A stretch of 64,000 nt of DNA from a virus. Location: IMG/VR virus record IMGVR_UViG_3300045988_119573, positions 82,089-146,088 of that record. One strand, written 5' to 3'. Shown here piece by piece: positions 46,385 to 56,787 of this stretch (its first letter is position 1; the number at the start of each line of letters is the position of its first letter). Both the position numbers and the translations under genes were made by a program. The notes beneath the pieces are model-generated. The model was not told the DNA's origin, searched no databases, and was given only the letters and a program-made list of their open reading frames with translations.

Positions 46385-47845
46385 TTAGAACTCACAGTAA
46401 TCTGCTGGCTCTGGTGTTCCAAGATTTTCATTATCTGTAGATTCTACTTCTTTATCTTCAGAAACAAAATCTTTTAACATCTTTGCAAGATCAACACCTG
46501 TAGATCCTTTAACACCATCTGATACCTGATTCACAACATTCATAATATCTTTTGTTAATTTTGTTGTGTTTCCTTCTCCATACATAGTGATACTTCCTAC
46601 ATTTCCTAATGGTGCGGCTGCATTTTTAACTGCTTCTGGGAACATCTGACACATCATTTCTACAATAGATGCTTTACCCATCTGTTTCATAGCTTCTGCT
46701 TTCTTTTCGATTGCTTCTGCTTCAGCAATACCTTTAGCTTTGATTGCTTCGGCTTCTGCTACACCCTTTGCACGAATACCTTCAGCTTCCTGCTCCATAG
46801 CATATTTTGTAGATTCAGCTTCTTTTTCTTTGGCATATTTGTTAGCTTCAGATTCTTTCTGTTTCTTGTATAAGTCTGCATCTGCTTTCTGCTGTGAAGC
46901 ATATCTTTCAGCCTCTGCCTGCTTCTTGATCTGTGCATCTAATGTCTGCTCTGTTACCTCAACGTCTTTACGCTTCAGTTCAATTTCCTTTTCCTGACGC
47001 ATAATATTAGCATCCGCAGTTACAACTTCAATTTCTTTACGTGATTTTTCTTCCTGAATCTTGTATGCTGCATCTGCCTCAGCTTTCTTTGCTTTTGAAA
47101 TCTTTTCAAGCTCAGATTTTTTAATCTCCAGATTGTTATTCTTTTCTGCAATCGCTGTTGCTGACTCTACCTTTGCATCATTTGCTTCTTTTTCAGCCAT
47201 TGCTTTTGCTTTTTCAATATCTCTTTCGCTTTCAGCTCTGGAAATAGCAGCCTTCTTCTTGATTTTAACAACATTATCTACACCAAGATTTTCAATAACA
47301 TCATTATCATCCATAAAATTCTGAACATTAAAACTGATAATATCTAATCCCATTGCAGCAAGATCTGGCTTCGCATTTTCTGTAACAAGCTGTGCAAATT
47401 TCTGACGATCAGAAACCATTTCTTCGAGACTCATCTTTCCAACAATCTCTCGCATATTACCTTCCAGGACTTCTCTTGCGACCTGTCCAATATCGCCTAC
47501 TGGCTTATTTAAGAAGTTTTCTGCTGCAAGTTTTAATCTTTCTGGATTACTGCTAACCTTTACATTGACCGCTGCATCTACATTGATATTGATATAATCT
47601 GCTGTAGGCACAGAACTTGATGTCTTAACATCAATTGGAATTAACTCAAGATTAAGATGATCTGATTTTTCAAAGAATGGGATTTTTAACCCTGCCTTAC
47701 CAATTAATGTCTTAGGTGTCTTTCTAAGTCCAGAAATAATATAAGCTTTATCTGGACTTGCTTTAACATAACCGCTACCGATAATAGCTCCTACGCCACC
47801 TACCGCAACAACCACTGGTACCACTGTTCCAATTACTTCAATCAT
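46385..47845 (-). CDS. Flotillin-like SPFH/band-7 protein (YqiK/FloT family)
   Basis: N-terminal TM, SPFH domain, long Ala/Glu/Lys coiled-coil repeats (AEAEAIKAKGIAEAEAIEKKAEAMKQMG), 486 aa. Confidence 0.7.
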   Translation of the reverse strand: MIEVIGTVVPVVVAVGGVGAIIGSGYVKASPDKAYIISGLRKTPKTLIGKAGLKIPFFEKSDHLNLELIPIDVKTSSSVPTADYININVDAAVNVKVSSNPERLKLAAENFLNKPVGDIGQVAREVLEGNMREIVGKMSLEEMVSDRQKFAQLVTENAKPDLAAMGLDIISFNVQNFMDDNDVIENLGVDNVVKIKKKAAISRAESERDIEKAKAMAEKEANDAKVESATAIAEKNNNLEIKKSELEKISKAKKAEADAAYKIQEEKSRKEIEVVTADANIMRQEKEIELKRKDVEVTEQTLDAQIKKQAEAERYASQQKADADLYKKQKESEANKYAKEKEAESTKYAMEQEAEGIRAKGVAEAEAIKAKGIAEAEAIEKKAEAMKQMGKASIVEMMCQMFPEAVKNAAAPLGNVGSITMYGEGNTTKLTKDIMNVVNQVSDGVKGSTGVDLAKMLKDFVSEDKEVESTDNENLGTPEPADYCEF

Positions 47846-47910
47846 AAATATCTCCTTTGTTATAAAATTTATTTATCACAACATCATATATAGATGTTAT
47901 AACCTAGTTA

Positions 47911-48243
47911 CTAAATACACCCACCACATGAGTTAGGGCGAAAATCTTGTTCATTAATTGCTTTGAAAATTTGACGTTGAATTTCAATATCTGTTGTGAT
48001 TTCATCTAACCAATATTTATTAGACTCAATCCATTCATCTTGCTTCAGTCCGTCATAATATGATTCCCATTCTTCAACCCAACCTTTGAAATACCATCTC
48101 TCATATTTCTTATATGTATTCATAGGTTCTGTGCGTAAGTCTTCTGGAATTTTGTTGGTGACATCCTTACCGTCAACATAAAGTTTCCATTCTCCAACAC
48201 AGAGTGCAAAACCACGACCTGTCCATTTTGCTTTAACTTTCAT
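47911..48243 (-). CDS. Hypothetical protein
   Basis: 110-aa ORF. Confidence 0.4.
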   Translation of the reverse strand: MKVKAKWTGRGFALCVGEWKLYVDGKDVTNKIPEDLRTEPMNTYKKYERWYFKGWVEEWESYYDGLKQDEWIESNKYWLDEITTDIEIQRQIFKAINEQDFRPNSCGGCI

Positions 48244-48263
48244 GTTTAATCATCCTCTTCAAT

Positions 48264-49226
48264 TTAATTTCCTAATGCAATTAATGAATTTCCACATGTA
48301 ATTCTATCTGCGTCTTCTTCTTTCGATGGAACAAATACAATTACATCCCAACCGTCTTTTACAAGTGGTTGTTCAAATTTTTCATATACATCAAAATCTG
48401 TTACAATCTCATATCCTTCGTCAACTGCTTCAACTGTTTCATGGATAGGAGTAATCTTGACAATGCATTTTTCCTTATCGAAATACTTGTTCATCAAATC
48501 TACGTCTAAATTACTTTTGGATGTAACAGCAAAATTCAATGTATACTTACGCTTCTTTGGCATTGGCAACCAATCAATAATGCCTCCGATCTCTGTTAAA
48601 GATAATGAACATCCTCGAAACATTTCATTTCTTTGTTCTTCATTAAGAGTATTGATAGAGAACTGAAGACCAAAGCCATCTTCTCCACCATATTCAAATC
48701 CAGTTTTAACCCATTTATGTAAAAATTCTTTTAAATTATTATTTGCCTTTGGCATCATTGTAGAAATTACTGGATGATATGTGTTGAAATGTATATCACT
48801 GTCTGGATCTGCTAACATATGTGCAATCTGTTTAGCCGAAGCAATTACATTTTGATTAAATGTAGGCTCTCCCATTCTTGCATAATGTACATTTAATCGT
48901 TCTCCATGTCTGATTCCTGATAAAGCAATTCCAGAAGTGATCTCCATCATTAACTCTGGCAACGATGCGTTTCCTTTAAATCCAAGTTTAGGGCAATCAC
49001 AGAAATTGCAATGCATCGGGCAACCTTTCTGCGACGAAACAGTCACAACTAATTTTTCTCTAATATCAACTGGTTTATGTTCAACTTTTTCAATTCGTTT
49101 ATCATACCCAAGAAAATCTGCCTTAATGTTGTTTTCCTTGCCATAATCACCAACGAATAAGTATTCTAATGTTAAATCTGTATCGGAGATAATTTCTCCT
49201 GTATGTGTGTCTGTAATCTGTCTCAT
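48264..49226 (-). CDS. Radical SAM domain protein (function unknown; second radical SAM besides nrdG)
   Basis: CPMHCNFCDC (CxxxCxxC) at ~residue 70 and ARMGEP (GGEP-like SAM-binding motif). Confidence 0.6.
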   Translation of the reverse strand: MRQITDTHTGEIISDTDLTLEYLFVGDYGKENNIKADFLGYDKRIEKVEHKPVDIREKLVVTVSSQKGCPMHCNFCDCPKLGFKGNASLPELMMEITSGIALSGIRHGERLNVHYARMGEPTFNQNVIASAKQIAHMLADPDSDIHFNTYHPVISTMMPKANNNLKEFLHKWVKTGFEYGGEDGFGLQFSINTLNEEQRNEMFRGCSLSLTEIGGIIDWLPMPKKRKYTLNFAVTSKSNLDVDLMNKYFDKEKCIVKITPIHETVEAVDEGYEIVTDFDVYEKFEQPLVKDGWDVIVFVPSKEEDADRITCGNSLIALGN

Positions 49227-49256
49227 TTTCTCTCCTTCCTTTAAATTACTGTTTTA

Positions 49257-49724
49257 TTAATCAAATAATCCATACCCAAAGTGCTGTCTCAGTTCATGAT
49301 TCCAACTATTAATCGATTCAACTTTTGGCTCTTGGACAAGCTTATATCGAAAATCTTTAGGCATAGACAGTGCGATAAAATTCATAATAAGTTTTGCACA
49401 GTCTTTCCTTTCTTCGATATAATACACGCCATCTTCTTTATAGAAATCAACCTCTTTAAAACACCCAGAATTATTTAAAATTTCAAATGCTGTTTCGCTC
49501 ATTTCTGATTCTTGATACTCTGTCCAAATCAGTCTCTCACTTCTATAACCAAGACCTAGACCCGTATAATCTTCATTGTAATCAAAAGTTACTCCTAGCT
49601 TTTTACAACTGTCTTTATACGCTTGTCGAATTTTATGAATATCATAGTTACAATCAAATAAAAAACTTTCTGATATTTTATGCCCATCTTCCGACCAGTC
49701 ACCTAATTCTAATTTATAAATCAT
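49257..49724 (-). CDS. Hypothetical protein
   Basis: 155-aa ORF. Confidence 0.4.
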   Translation of the reverse strand: MIYKLELGDWSEDGHKISESFLFDCNYDIHKIRQAYKDSCKKLGVTFDYNEDYTGLGLGYRSERLIWTEYQESEMSETAFEILNNSGCFKEVDFYKEDGVYYIEERKDCAKLIMNFIALSMPKDFRYKLVQEPKVESINSWNHELRQHFGYGLFD

Positions 49725-49781
49725 TCCAGTCTCCTTTCTTTAAGCACCCACCCGTCAAATATGACGGGCAGGTATATCGTC

Positions 49782-50171
49782 TTAATCTTCTAACGAATCA
49801 ATCATTGCACGTAATTCTGCTTCTGACATCTTCTCAATAGCCTCATCCTGTTTCTTGGAAAGAGCATCAATATATTTTTTCTGTGTCAGTTTCTTATTAA
49901 TACGTTCCTTCTCGGTAAGTTTCTCTTTACGTTTTGTTGTAAAGATGTATCTTACAATTCCAATCGCAGCCGTTAATTTTGGATCAACATTTGCATCATC
50001 CAACAAGCTTTCTTCTGAAGATTTAACTTCCTGATCTTTCAGATTTTTGTAAACCACATCTAAATCTTTATCAGATAAATCCCATAAATCTTCTACAGAT
50101 AACTCACCCTTTGTGGATGGGAATCTCATTTTGTTTCTAGTTGCCATTTCAAATAAGTTTTCTGTTGTCAT
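49782..50171 (-). CDS. Hypothetical protein
   Basis: 129-aa ORF. Confidence 0.4.
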   Translation of the reverse strand: MTTENLFEMATRNKMRFPSTKGELSVEDLWDLSDKDLDVVYKNLKDQEVKSSEESLLDDANVDPKLTAAIGIVRYIFTTKRKEKLTEKERINKKLTQKKYIDALSKKQDEAIEKMSEAELRAMIDSLED

Positions 50172-50193
50172 AATTCAGTCTCCTTTGTCTATA

Positions 50194-52263
50194 TTAAAAT
50201 TTAATTTTAAGAACTCTTTCTGTTGCACCCTTGATTTTAACGATCACATCATCTCGTTTTGTAGAACTGAAACCAATTCCTGATAGCTGATTTGGGTCAT
50301 CTGCGACATGCATCTTACTTCCTAAAGCTTCAAATACTCTCTTATGCTGTACTAATTCCTGCTTCAAAAATTCATTGAAGAATCCGTTTGGAGTATCTTC
50401 ATTTACACATCCATTTAGCATGAACAGATAATGTTTATGTCCAATACCTGTCTGCTCGTCCCAATAGTTAGGTGAATAACACATTACTGTTACTGGCACA
50501 AACTGATTTGTATTGATTCCCCAGATTTCTCTTGAAGATGTTGTTGATGGAAGTTTCTCTTTGATTGTGAATACTCCATCTTTTAATGTAACTGTAGCCA
50601 CTGGAACATCTTCGTTCTGACGTAAAGGCTTATCATATTCAAATTCATAAATCTGTCCATCAAATTCAATCTCTGCTGTAAATCCAGAAACTCCATTTCT
50701 ATGAGCAAAATTTCTTACGAAAAATTCATATTCTCCGTCAACCATTTTGGATTTATCTGCCCATGTAATATTTTCTACGGCAGGCTCTCCTCTATGTGGA
50801 TGAGTTACATCAACATCAAGGCTTCCACCAGTTGCATAATCATGCATTGAAGCATAATAGATATGATGACGTGGAGTTCTGCAATGTGCATCAAAATCAT
50901 CCTGATTCCAATCTGTATTTGCATTCCACTGAATTGAGAATCTTAAAACTCCATCAACTGCACCACCTGCGTTCTTAACTCTTTCTTTCATTTCACTGTC
51001 TGTCATATTTCCTGAATATGCCCAGCTGAAAGGATTACTCCACTTCATCATGTTCTTAGCATCTTTATTTACAGGTGCGATCAGTGAAACCATATTCTTC
51101 TTGTGACGATTTTCAAACAGAACTTCTAATTCTTTTGCCGTTGGAAGTACATCTGATACGAATTTCTCTGCACTGATTTCTTCGACTTTAGAGAACTTCT
51201 TAGGATTTACAGCAACTTCCTTACTCATCTCATCGAAAATATCTAAACCGCCCTGAATACGTGGGGCTGCATCACGATTACAAAACAGGATATTGTTGAC
51301 TGTAATATCATCAAGTTCCGCAAATCTACGCTGTAATGAATCCATATATCCTAAATCAGTCACAGTTTTCTTTGCATCCTCAAGCATTTTCTTTGTAAAA
51401 ATTGCCTTTGGTCGTTTGTAATTCGCAGGAGCTACAACATTTTCATAAGCCTTAACCGCATTATCTAAGTCCATATCCTCACTGATATTTACAAGCAATG
51501 TACCAATACTATGGTTTCTAATACGACCAATTACATCTCCGATAGTCATTGCTTTTGCCCATGTGTATGTATCTTTTTCTTCATCAGACAAAGCATTATA
51601 TTCTCGCTGATATTTTCTAAAGTCTTTTAAGACTCTTTCCCATTCCTGTCCTCTGTAAAGAGTATTTGAAGCGATCAGTTCTAATACCGTATCAACAGCT
51701 TCTTCTGTGATTTCATCAAGCGATCTTTTGAACACGTTCTTTCGATCTCTAACTTTTGCTTTTACTGTAGGAATATCGGATTTTCTTTCTAGTAATCTCT
51801 CTGGAATCGGTGTATACATATGAGTCCATTTGATAATCTGCTTATCTTCTGTATACTCATTTGTACTTTTTACTCCAACTGTATTTGTAAAATGTCTCCA
51901 AATATCTTTGATTGGCTTTGATTCTACATATGTTCGTAAAGCATCAACTACTGGCTGAAATACGACATCATCAGTGTCGATCTCCCAGATCGTATGAATC
52001 TTACCGTCAACAATTGTCACAGCTCCACCGATTGTTTTAATAAAGTTTCGGCAATGACCACAGTCATATTCTCGTCGTTTGCGATACATCTTATTGGTTC
52101 CTTCAGGGAAGCTACTCAGATATACTTCCCAAAGTTCATCCTTATCAATATCGGTTTCATACAATGTAGAATTGTTTTTCTCTACATAGTCGAGCATCTT
52201 ATTTAAACGCTCTGACAATTTGCTTAAAAAGTTACTCCAGTTTTCATTCATTGGTGTACACAT
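50194..52263 (-). CDS. Large hypothetical protein (689 aa)
   Basis: Long uninterrupted ORF; no motif recognised by eye. Confidence 0.5.
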   Translation of the reverse strand: MCTPMNENWSNFLSKLSERLNKMLDYVEKNNSTLYETDIDKDELWEVYLSSFPEGTNKMYRKRREYDCGHCRNFIKTIGGAVTIVDGKIHTIWEIDTDDVVFQPVVDALRTYVESKPIKDIWRHFTNTVGVKSTNEYTEDKQIIKWTHMYTPIPERLLERKSDIPTVKAKVRDRKNVFKRSLDEITEEAVDTVLELIASNTLYRGQEWERVLKDFRKYQREYNALSDEEKDTYTWAKAMTIGDVIGRIRNHSIGTLLVNISEDMDLDNAVKAYENVVAPANYKRPKAIFTKKMLEDAKKTVTDLGYMDSLQRRFAELDDITVNNILFCNRDAAPRIQGGLDIFDEMSKEVAVNPKKFSKVEEISAEKFVSDVLPTAKELEVLFENRHKKNMVSLIAPVNKDAKNMMKWSNPFSWAYSGNMTDSEMKERVKNAGGAVDGVLRFSIQWNANTDWNQDDFDAHCRTPRHHIYYASMHDYATGGSLDVDVTHPHRGEPAVENITWADKSKMVDGEYEFFVRNFAHRNGVSGFTAEIEFDGQIYEFEYDKPLRQNEDVPVATVTLKDGVFTIKEKLPSTTSSREIWGINTNQFVPVTVMCYSPNYWDEQTGIGHKHYLFMLNGCVNEDTPNGFFNEFLKQELVQHKRVFEALGSKMHVADDPNQLSGIGFSSTKRDDVIVKIKGATERVLKIKF

Positions 52264-52284
52264 AATTTATCTCCTTTTCATGTA

Positions 52285-53610
52285 TTATTTAATTGCTACG
52301 AAGATTTCATAACTCTTATTGTCATTGATATAAATTTCTTTGCCCTTGAGTTCTGGGAAATACTTCTTAGCAAGTTTCTTAAATTCCTTAATCTTTTGAC
52401 CATTCTCGTCCTCATATGATTCTTTAAGTGGATCAAACATTAATTCTTCTTTCTTTACGACAAAGAATTTTGCATGAGGCAAACCTTTTCTTTCTTCTTC
52501 TCTCTGCTTGTCATTCTCAAGAATTTTTTCTAATTTGCATAAATTTTCTGTCACCTCAATGCAGCTACTTGGATATTTCACATATTTGTTTGTCCAGAAG
52601 TCAACTGCATCATGAGCACCTGCGTTGCCGCAAAGGTATTTTAATACACAAGTTTTGAAGCCATTTTCTCTGTCATACACATCATTTCCTTCTACATAAG
52701 CAACAGTTTCTGCTCCACTAACCCATAAGATTTTAACCATTCCATGATAATGTTTTACTTTAAACACTGGTTTACCATCTTTTTCGATCTGTTTACCGTT
52801 GTTATCTAACATTGGTTCCTTCACCGTAATTTCTTTGTCAACATAAATCGGTTTCTTAATCATTTCTTTTAAATTCTTTGTATACATATCTCTCTCCTCA
52901 AATTCGATGTGACTTTCTCTTAAATCGCTAATCATGATGTTGTCCATTCTGCCAGCAATCTTTTTTAACGTCTGATCCAGTTCTATTGTTGGCACTTGCA
53001 ACCTTAATCCACGTTCAGTTTCGGACCCTCCAAGACATTCTTTCCACCAATTCTTTTCTGCTTCTGACATTGCGGTAATTGGTTTTTGCTGATAGTGGGG
53101 CATAGCAGACACTCTTCTTTCTGAGCGTGGTGGTGGGGCTAATGTTCCAATTTTTATTTCGTCAGCTAAAATCGTACCTGTATGAATCTCAAGATTTTCA
53201 TTCATTGATTCTTTTCTTGTGATCCTTCTGATTATAATGGTTGCCTCTGTCGACTTTATACTTTGTAGTCTATATCGCACTTTTTCATACCAATATGGAA
53301 CAATAATATTTACTCTACCATCTCTATACACATCCATTTCAATCGACTCAGCATCATCAAATGTAACATATTGCCAAGATTGCGTTTTTTTAGAAACCTT
53401 TCCATGCGGCTTTATCATATAAGTTTCGGTTATTGGAAGATTTCCTTTGAATTCTACTGTTTCAATTTTAAACATCGCATATACATCGTCATTCTCTACT
53501 TCAACAACATCTCCTACATTAAATGGTGCCATATCATCTCGTGGATTATATTTAATTATTTTGCCATTCATACTGTTTTGTATCCAAACGCCCGTTTTAT
53601 TTTCTTCCAT
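52285..53610 (-). CDS. Hypothetical protein (441 aa)
   Basis: Long ORF; no motif recognised. Confidence 0.5.
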   Translation of the reverse strand: MEENKTGVWIQNSMNGKIIKYNPRDDMAPFNVGDVVEVENDDVYAMFKIETVEFKGNLPITETYMIKPHGKVSKKTQSWQYVTFDDAESIEMDVYRDGRVNIIVPYWYEKVRYRLQSIKSTEATIIIRRITRKESMNENLEIHTGTILADEIKIGTLAPPPRSERRVSAMPHYQQKPITAMSEAEKNWWKECLGGSETERGLRLQVPTIELDQTLKKIAGRMDNIMISDLRESHIEFEERDMYTKNLKEMIKKPIYVDKEITVKEPMLDNNGKQIEKDGKPVFKVKHYHGMVKILWVSGAETVAYVEGNDVYDRENGFKTCVLKYLCGNAGAHDAVDFWTNKYVKYPSSCIEVTENLCKLEKILENDKQREEERKGLPHAKFFVVKKEELMFDPLKESYEDENGQKIKEFKKLAKKYFPELKGKEIYINDNKSYEIFVAIK

Positions 53611-53624
53611 TCTTTGTCTCCTCT

Positions 53625-54449
53625 CTAAGCTGATGCACTCTGTGAGGCAAAGTATTGTGCTAATTTCTTTGCCAAGTATAATTGCCCTTTGCCAGTCACA
53701 TATGTTTTGGTAATCAACTTGTTTCCATTCTTAGTTTCAACTTCACTTTCTGTTAATTTGAAAATGCCCTGCTTAACATATCTTTCATATGGGGTATTAT
53801 CTGACATGAGATACCCTTCTTTTCTTAACCACGCAAATAATTTGTTTCTGCCCATATGAATATCTTGATTTTCTTTCTCAAGAAGCTTTGCCATTGTTTT
53901 CATATCAACCATTGTTGGTGTGGCACTGACCGTATTAGCAAAATCAACAAGTGGCTTCTGTTTACTGATAACTTCTTCTTTCTGGGCTAATAGTTCATCC
54001 TTTTGCTCCAAAGTGTTTTGCATAATATTCAATGCTTTCGCCATGATAGTTAAATCATCATCATCTTTTTCAATTGGAATATATCCGCCCGTCTTACGAA
54101 TCTGCGGAAGAACTTCTGATGTTACCCAATGCTTGAATTCTTTTGCCTTATCAAGCTTACTTCCAAAGATTAATGCATAAAGTCCTGACTCATTAATAAA
54201 TGTGAGTCCTCTGTTTGGTACATTTTCTAAGGTCGTGATTTGCGACCTTAGGATTAATTGTTTGTCTTCGGCATCTACATGTCTTGCAAGAGCGTCTTTT
54301 GTATTTTTGTACTCTAAACATTCAGCAACATCTTTGCCAACAAACCACGGATTATTATCTAAGACCGCTGTGCGGATATTCCCAAATTTATCATTGCTAA
54401 ATACTAATGTGTTTAATCCTTCATTTACAATATCCTTTTCTTCTGTCAT
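53625..54449 (-). CDS. Phage antirepressor (Bro-N domain + KilA-C/ANT C-terminal domain)
   Basis: N-terminal FGNIRTAVLDNNPWFVGKDVAECLEY...ALARHVD (Bro-N) and C-terminal KilAC-like region (MAKLLEKENQDIHMGRNKLFAWLRKEGYL). Confidence 0.65.
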   Translation of the reverse strand: MTEEKDIVNEGLNTLVFSNDKFGNIRTAVLDNNPWFVGKDVAECLEYKNTKDALARHVDAEDKQLILRSQITTLENVPNRGLTFINESGLYALIFGSKLDKAKEFKHWVTSEVLPQIRKTGGYIPIEKDDDDLTIMAKALNIMQNTLEQKDELLAQKEEVISKQKPLVDFANTVSATPTMVDMKTMAKLLEKENQDIHMGRNKLFAWLRKEGYLMSDNTPYERYVKQGIFKLTESEVETKNGNKLITKTYVTGKGQLYLAKKLAQYFASQSASA

Positions 54450-54532
54450 TAAATACCTCCTAAGTTATAATTTTACATTTTAATTTTGCACAAATGCCTG
54501 TGCGAGTCATCATATATAATAAGGAAGAAACT

Positions 54533-55183
54533 CTACCCGATTATATTCTGGATCAGCTCATAATACTTTGTCCTGCCGACATATGACTTATGTTCTGCAT
54601 CTTTTAATTCTTTCTTCAAAGTACATATATCTTTCTGATTATCCATGCAATTCTGCATCACTTCTATGTATCGAATACAATTCTTGATCTTTCTATGCAA
54701 TTCTTGTAAGGTTTTAAGATACCCAACAATCACGGCACGTTTCGCAGCATCAATCTTTTTAAACTCAATTGCATGAAGAATATCACTTCTGGCAGAATCG
54801 GCATATGATAATGCCTGTTCTAACTCAAATTTCTTTTCTCCTAATTGATCTGAGTCATATGCTAAAAGCCCTACTATAGCTCTTTCCTCAGTCTCTATAT
54901 TGTCGATCAATGTATTATCACATTCCCAATCCATAAAGCAATTTCCATTACCTTTACGCATTATTTCACTAGATTCCATAGGTTTTCCAACTTTACCTAG
55001 CTCAATTTCTCTGGCATGAAATCCGTCTTTCATCCACGTATATTTATGCTTCAAACCTAAAATGTGCTTTGCTTGCTTAGAGGTAAATTGAGTAGCTTCA
55101 GACTTACGATTATCACGAACGTATTTATTTCTTGCATGATCTCTTTTCACATAGAACTCTCCATTCGTAATTATGTATTTCAT
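54533..55183 (-). CDS. Hypothetical protein
   Basis: 216-aa ORF with ACAGGAGTG RBS. Confidence 0.45.
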   Translation of the reverse strand: MKYIITNGEFYVKRDHARNKYVRDNRKSEATQFTSKQAKHILGLKHKYTWMKDGFHAREIELGKVGKPMESSEIMRKGNGNCFMDWECDNTLIDNIETEERAIVGLLAYDSDQLGEKKFELEQALSYADSARSDILHAIEFKKIDAAKRAVIVGYLKTLQELHRKIKNCIRYIEVMQNCMDNQKDICTLKKELKDAEHKSYVGRTKYYELIQNIIG

Positions 55184-55237
55184 ACATCACTCCTGTATTT
55201 AATTGTAGTTTTTTGGAAAAATTTTCATGTTGACGAA

Positions 55238-55266
55238 CATGTTTAGAATTGTTATAATGATTTTAA
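55238..55266 (+). promoter_or_regulatory. Near-consensus sigma-A promoter on the plus strand (antisense to neighbouring genes)
   Basis: TTGACG-N17-TATAAT, followed by hairpin AAGGATA-ATAA-TATCCTT and ~100 nt later AGATT-CAAAA-AATCT plus TTTTTTT. Confidence 0.4.
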
Positions 55267-55376
55267 GGATAATAATATCCTTATCTATTAAACAATTCTA
55301 AATATCAAATTCGATTTTCTATCGTGCTGCCAACACGGTAGATTCAAAAAATCTTTTTTTGTTATCTATGATTTGT

Positions 55377-55742
55377 TTAGTTGAAATTTTTAGTTTGTGT
55401 GAAAGTAGAAGTTTTACCAAAGACTTCTGCTTTCTTTTTTATTGTCTGTATTTTTATTCCAACATTGTATCTCTCTTTGTATGTAAATTGCAGGCATTTG
55501 ATTATGTCAAATATGTCGTCCTGCCTAATATGAGAGAACAAATTCTCATCTTGAATAAATTCGATCCAATGATATGAAAGATCTTTATCTTTGCCATAGA
55601 TCTTCATCTTTCTATCATCTGCTCGAATCTTATATTCGCTCAGAAACCACGATGACATTTCTGATGAGTGTAAATCAAGTACATCAATATGCATTTGATT
55701 TGATTGATTCGCTACCAATGTTTTTAATATTTGATTGTCCAT
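55377..55742 (-). CDS. Hypothetical protein
   Basis: 121-aa ORF. Confidence 0.4.
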   Translation of the reverse strand: MDNQILKTLVANQSNQMHIDVLDLHSSEMSSWFLSEYKIRADDRKMKIYGKDKDLSYHWIEFIQDENLFSHIRQDDIFDIIKCLQFTYKERYNVGIKIQTIKKKAEVFGKTSTFTQTKNFN

Positions 55743-55756
55743 ACATATACCTTCCT

Positions 55757-56785
55757 TTATTCTGTCATAATTTGATGTACACGATAATTCTTATAGTCCT
55801 CATCTTTATATAAATAACCAATAGTTTTACCAATTACAGTTTGACGATCACTAAATTGTTTCTTTTTTAATCTATATGATATATAATAATTATAATAAAA
55901 TTCAATTGCAATTTCACTAAATTGACGTGCGATTATAGATCGTGCGATTCCTTCTTTTGATTTAATATAATATAAATCTGCAATTGCCTTGATATCCATT
56001 TTAGATTTTAAATATTGTATAAAACCAGAATTAATAACATCAATGGTTGTCAATTTCTCATAAGATAAAGTGTTACCAGTTAATTCTAATTGAGACTGCA
56101 CATTATTATATATCCTCTTTTGCTCTGCTTGATATTCTTCTATATTATTACATTTTTTTCGTGGTATTAATACAAAATCATCATATATATTCGTATCTCC
56201 CATTTTCAATTTATATTCATTCAATGTCTCGATAAAATCTTTGGAGACTGGTTTCCCAAAAATTGTTAAATCATTTTGATTAATATCTGAGAATTTTAGA
56301 TTTCTTAACTCCTTTCCATTTATCCCATTATATAAACTCACAATATGAAATCTAGTATTCAATTTGGTATCGGCTGATGCATTGCACGACATCAGATTCG
56401 AAATAAACGCATTTATTTTATCTGGTGTAACATAATTAACATTAACTCTATTTGAAAAATATATATCAACTGCTAATTGCAAGTTTATAAATTTATCATT
56501 AACAAATGGATTATATTTAATGTAATTTTGTTCATATGCATAAGTATATAGTTTAACGAGCTGGTCATATCTTTTTTTAATAGAATTCATACTTTTGGTT
56601 TTTTTACCTCTAGTATCTGATAATATAGCCTCTTGGATTGTACCTGGTGCATACGTTAACCCAGATTCATTGTCGTCCGCAATATCAGAATCTAACAACC
56701 AATTCCATGTTGGGCGACGTGATTCTGATACGTGAGAATCTATATAATTTTGTATCAATTCTTTATTATTCATAATATTCTCCAT
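55757..56785 (-). CDS. Hypothetical protein, possibly a divergent tyrosine recombinase
   Basis: Central ...KELRNLKFSDI... resembles the recombinase R-box region; weak. Confidence 0.3.
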   Translation of the reverse strand: MENIMNNKELIQNYIDSHVSESRRPTWNWLLDSDIADDNESGLTYAPGTIQEAILSDTRGKKTKSMNSIKKRYDQLVKLYTYAYEQNYIKYNPFVNDKFINLQLAVDIYFSNRVNVNYVTPDKINAFISNLMSCNASADTKLNTRFHIVSLYNGINGKELRNLKFSDINQNDLTIFGKPVSKDFIETLNEYKLKMGDTNIYDDFVLIPRKKCNNIEEYQAEQKRIYNNVQSQLELTGNTLSYEKLTTIDVINSGFIQYLKSKMDIKAIADLYYIKSKEGIARSIIARQFSEIAIEFYYNYYISYRLKKKQFSDRQTVIGKTIGYLYKDEDYKNYRVHQIMTE

Positions 56786-56787
56786 TT

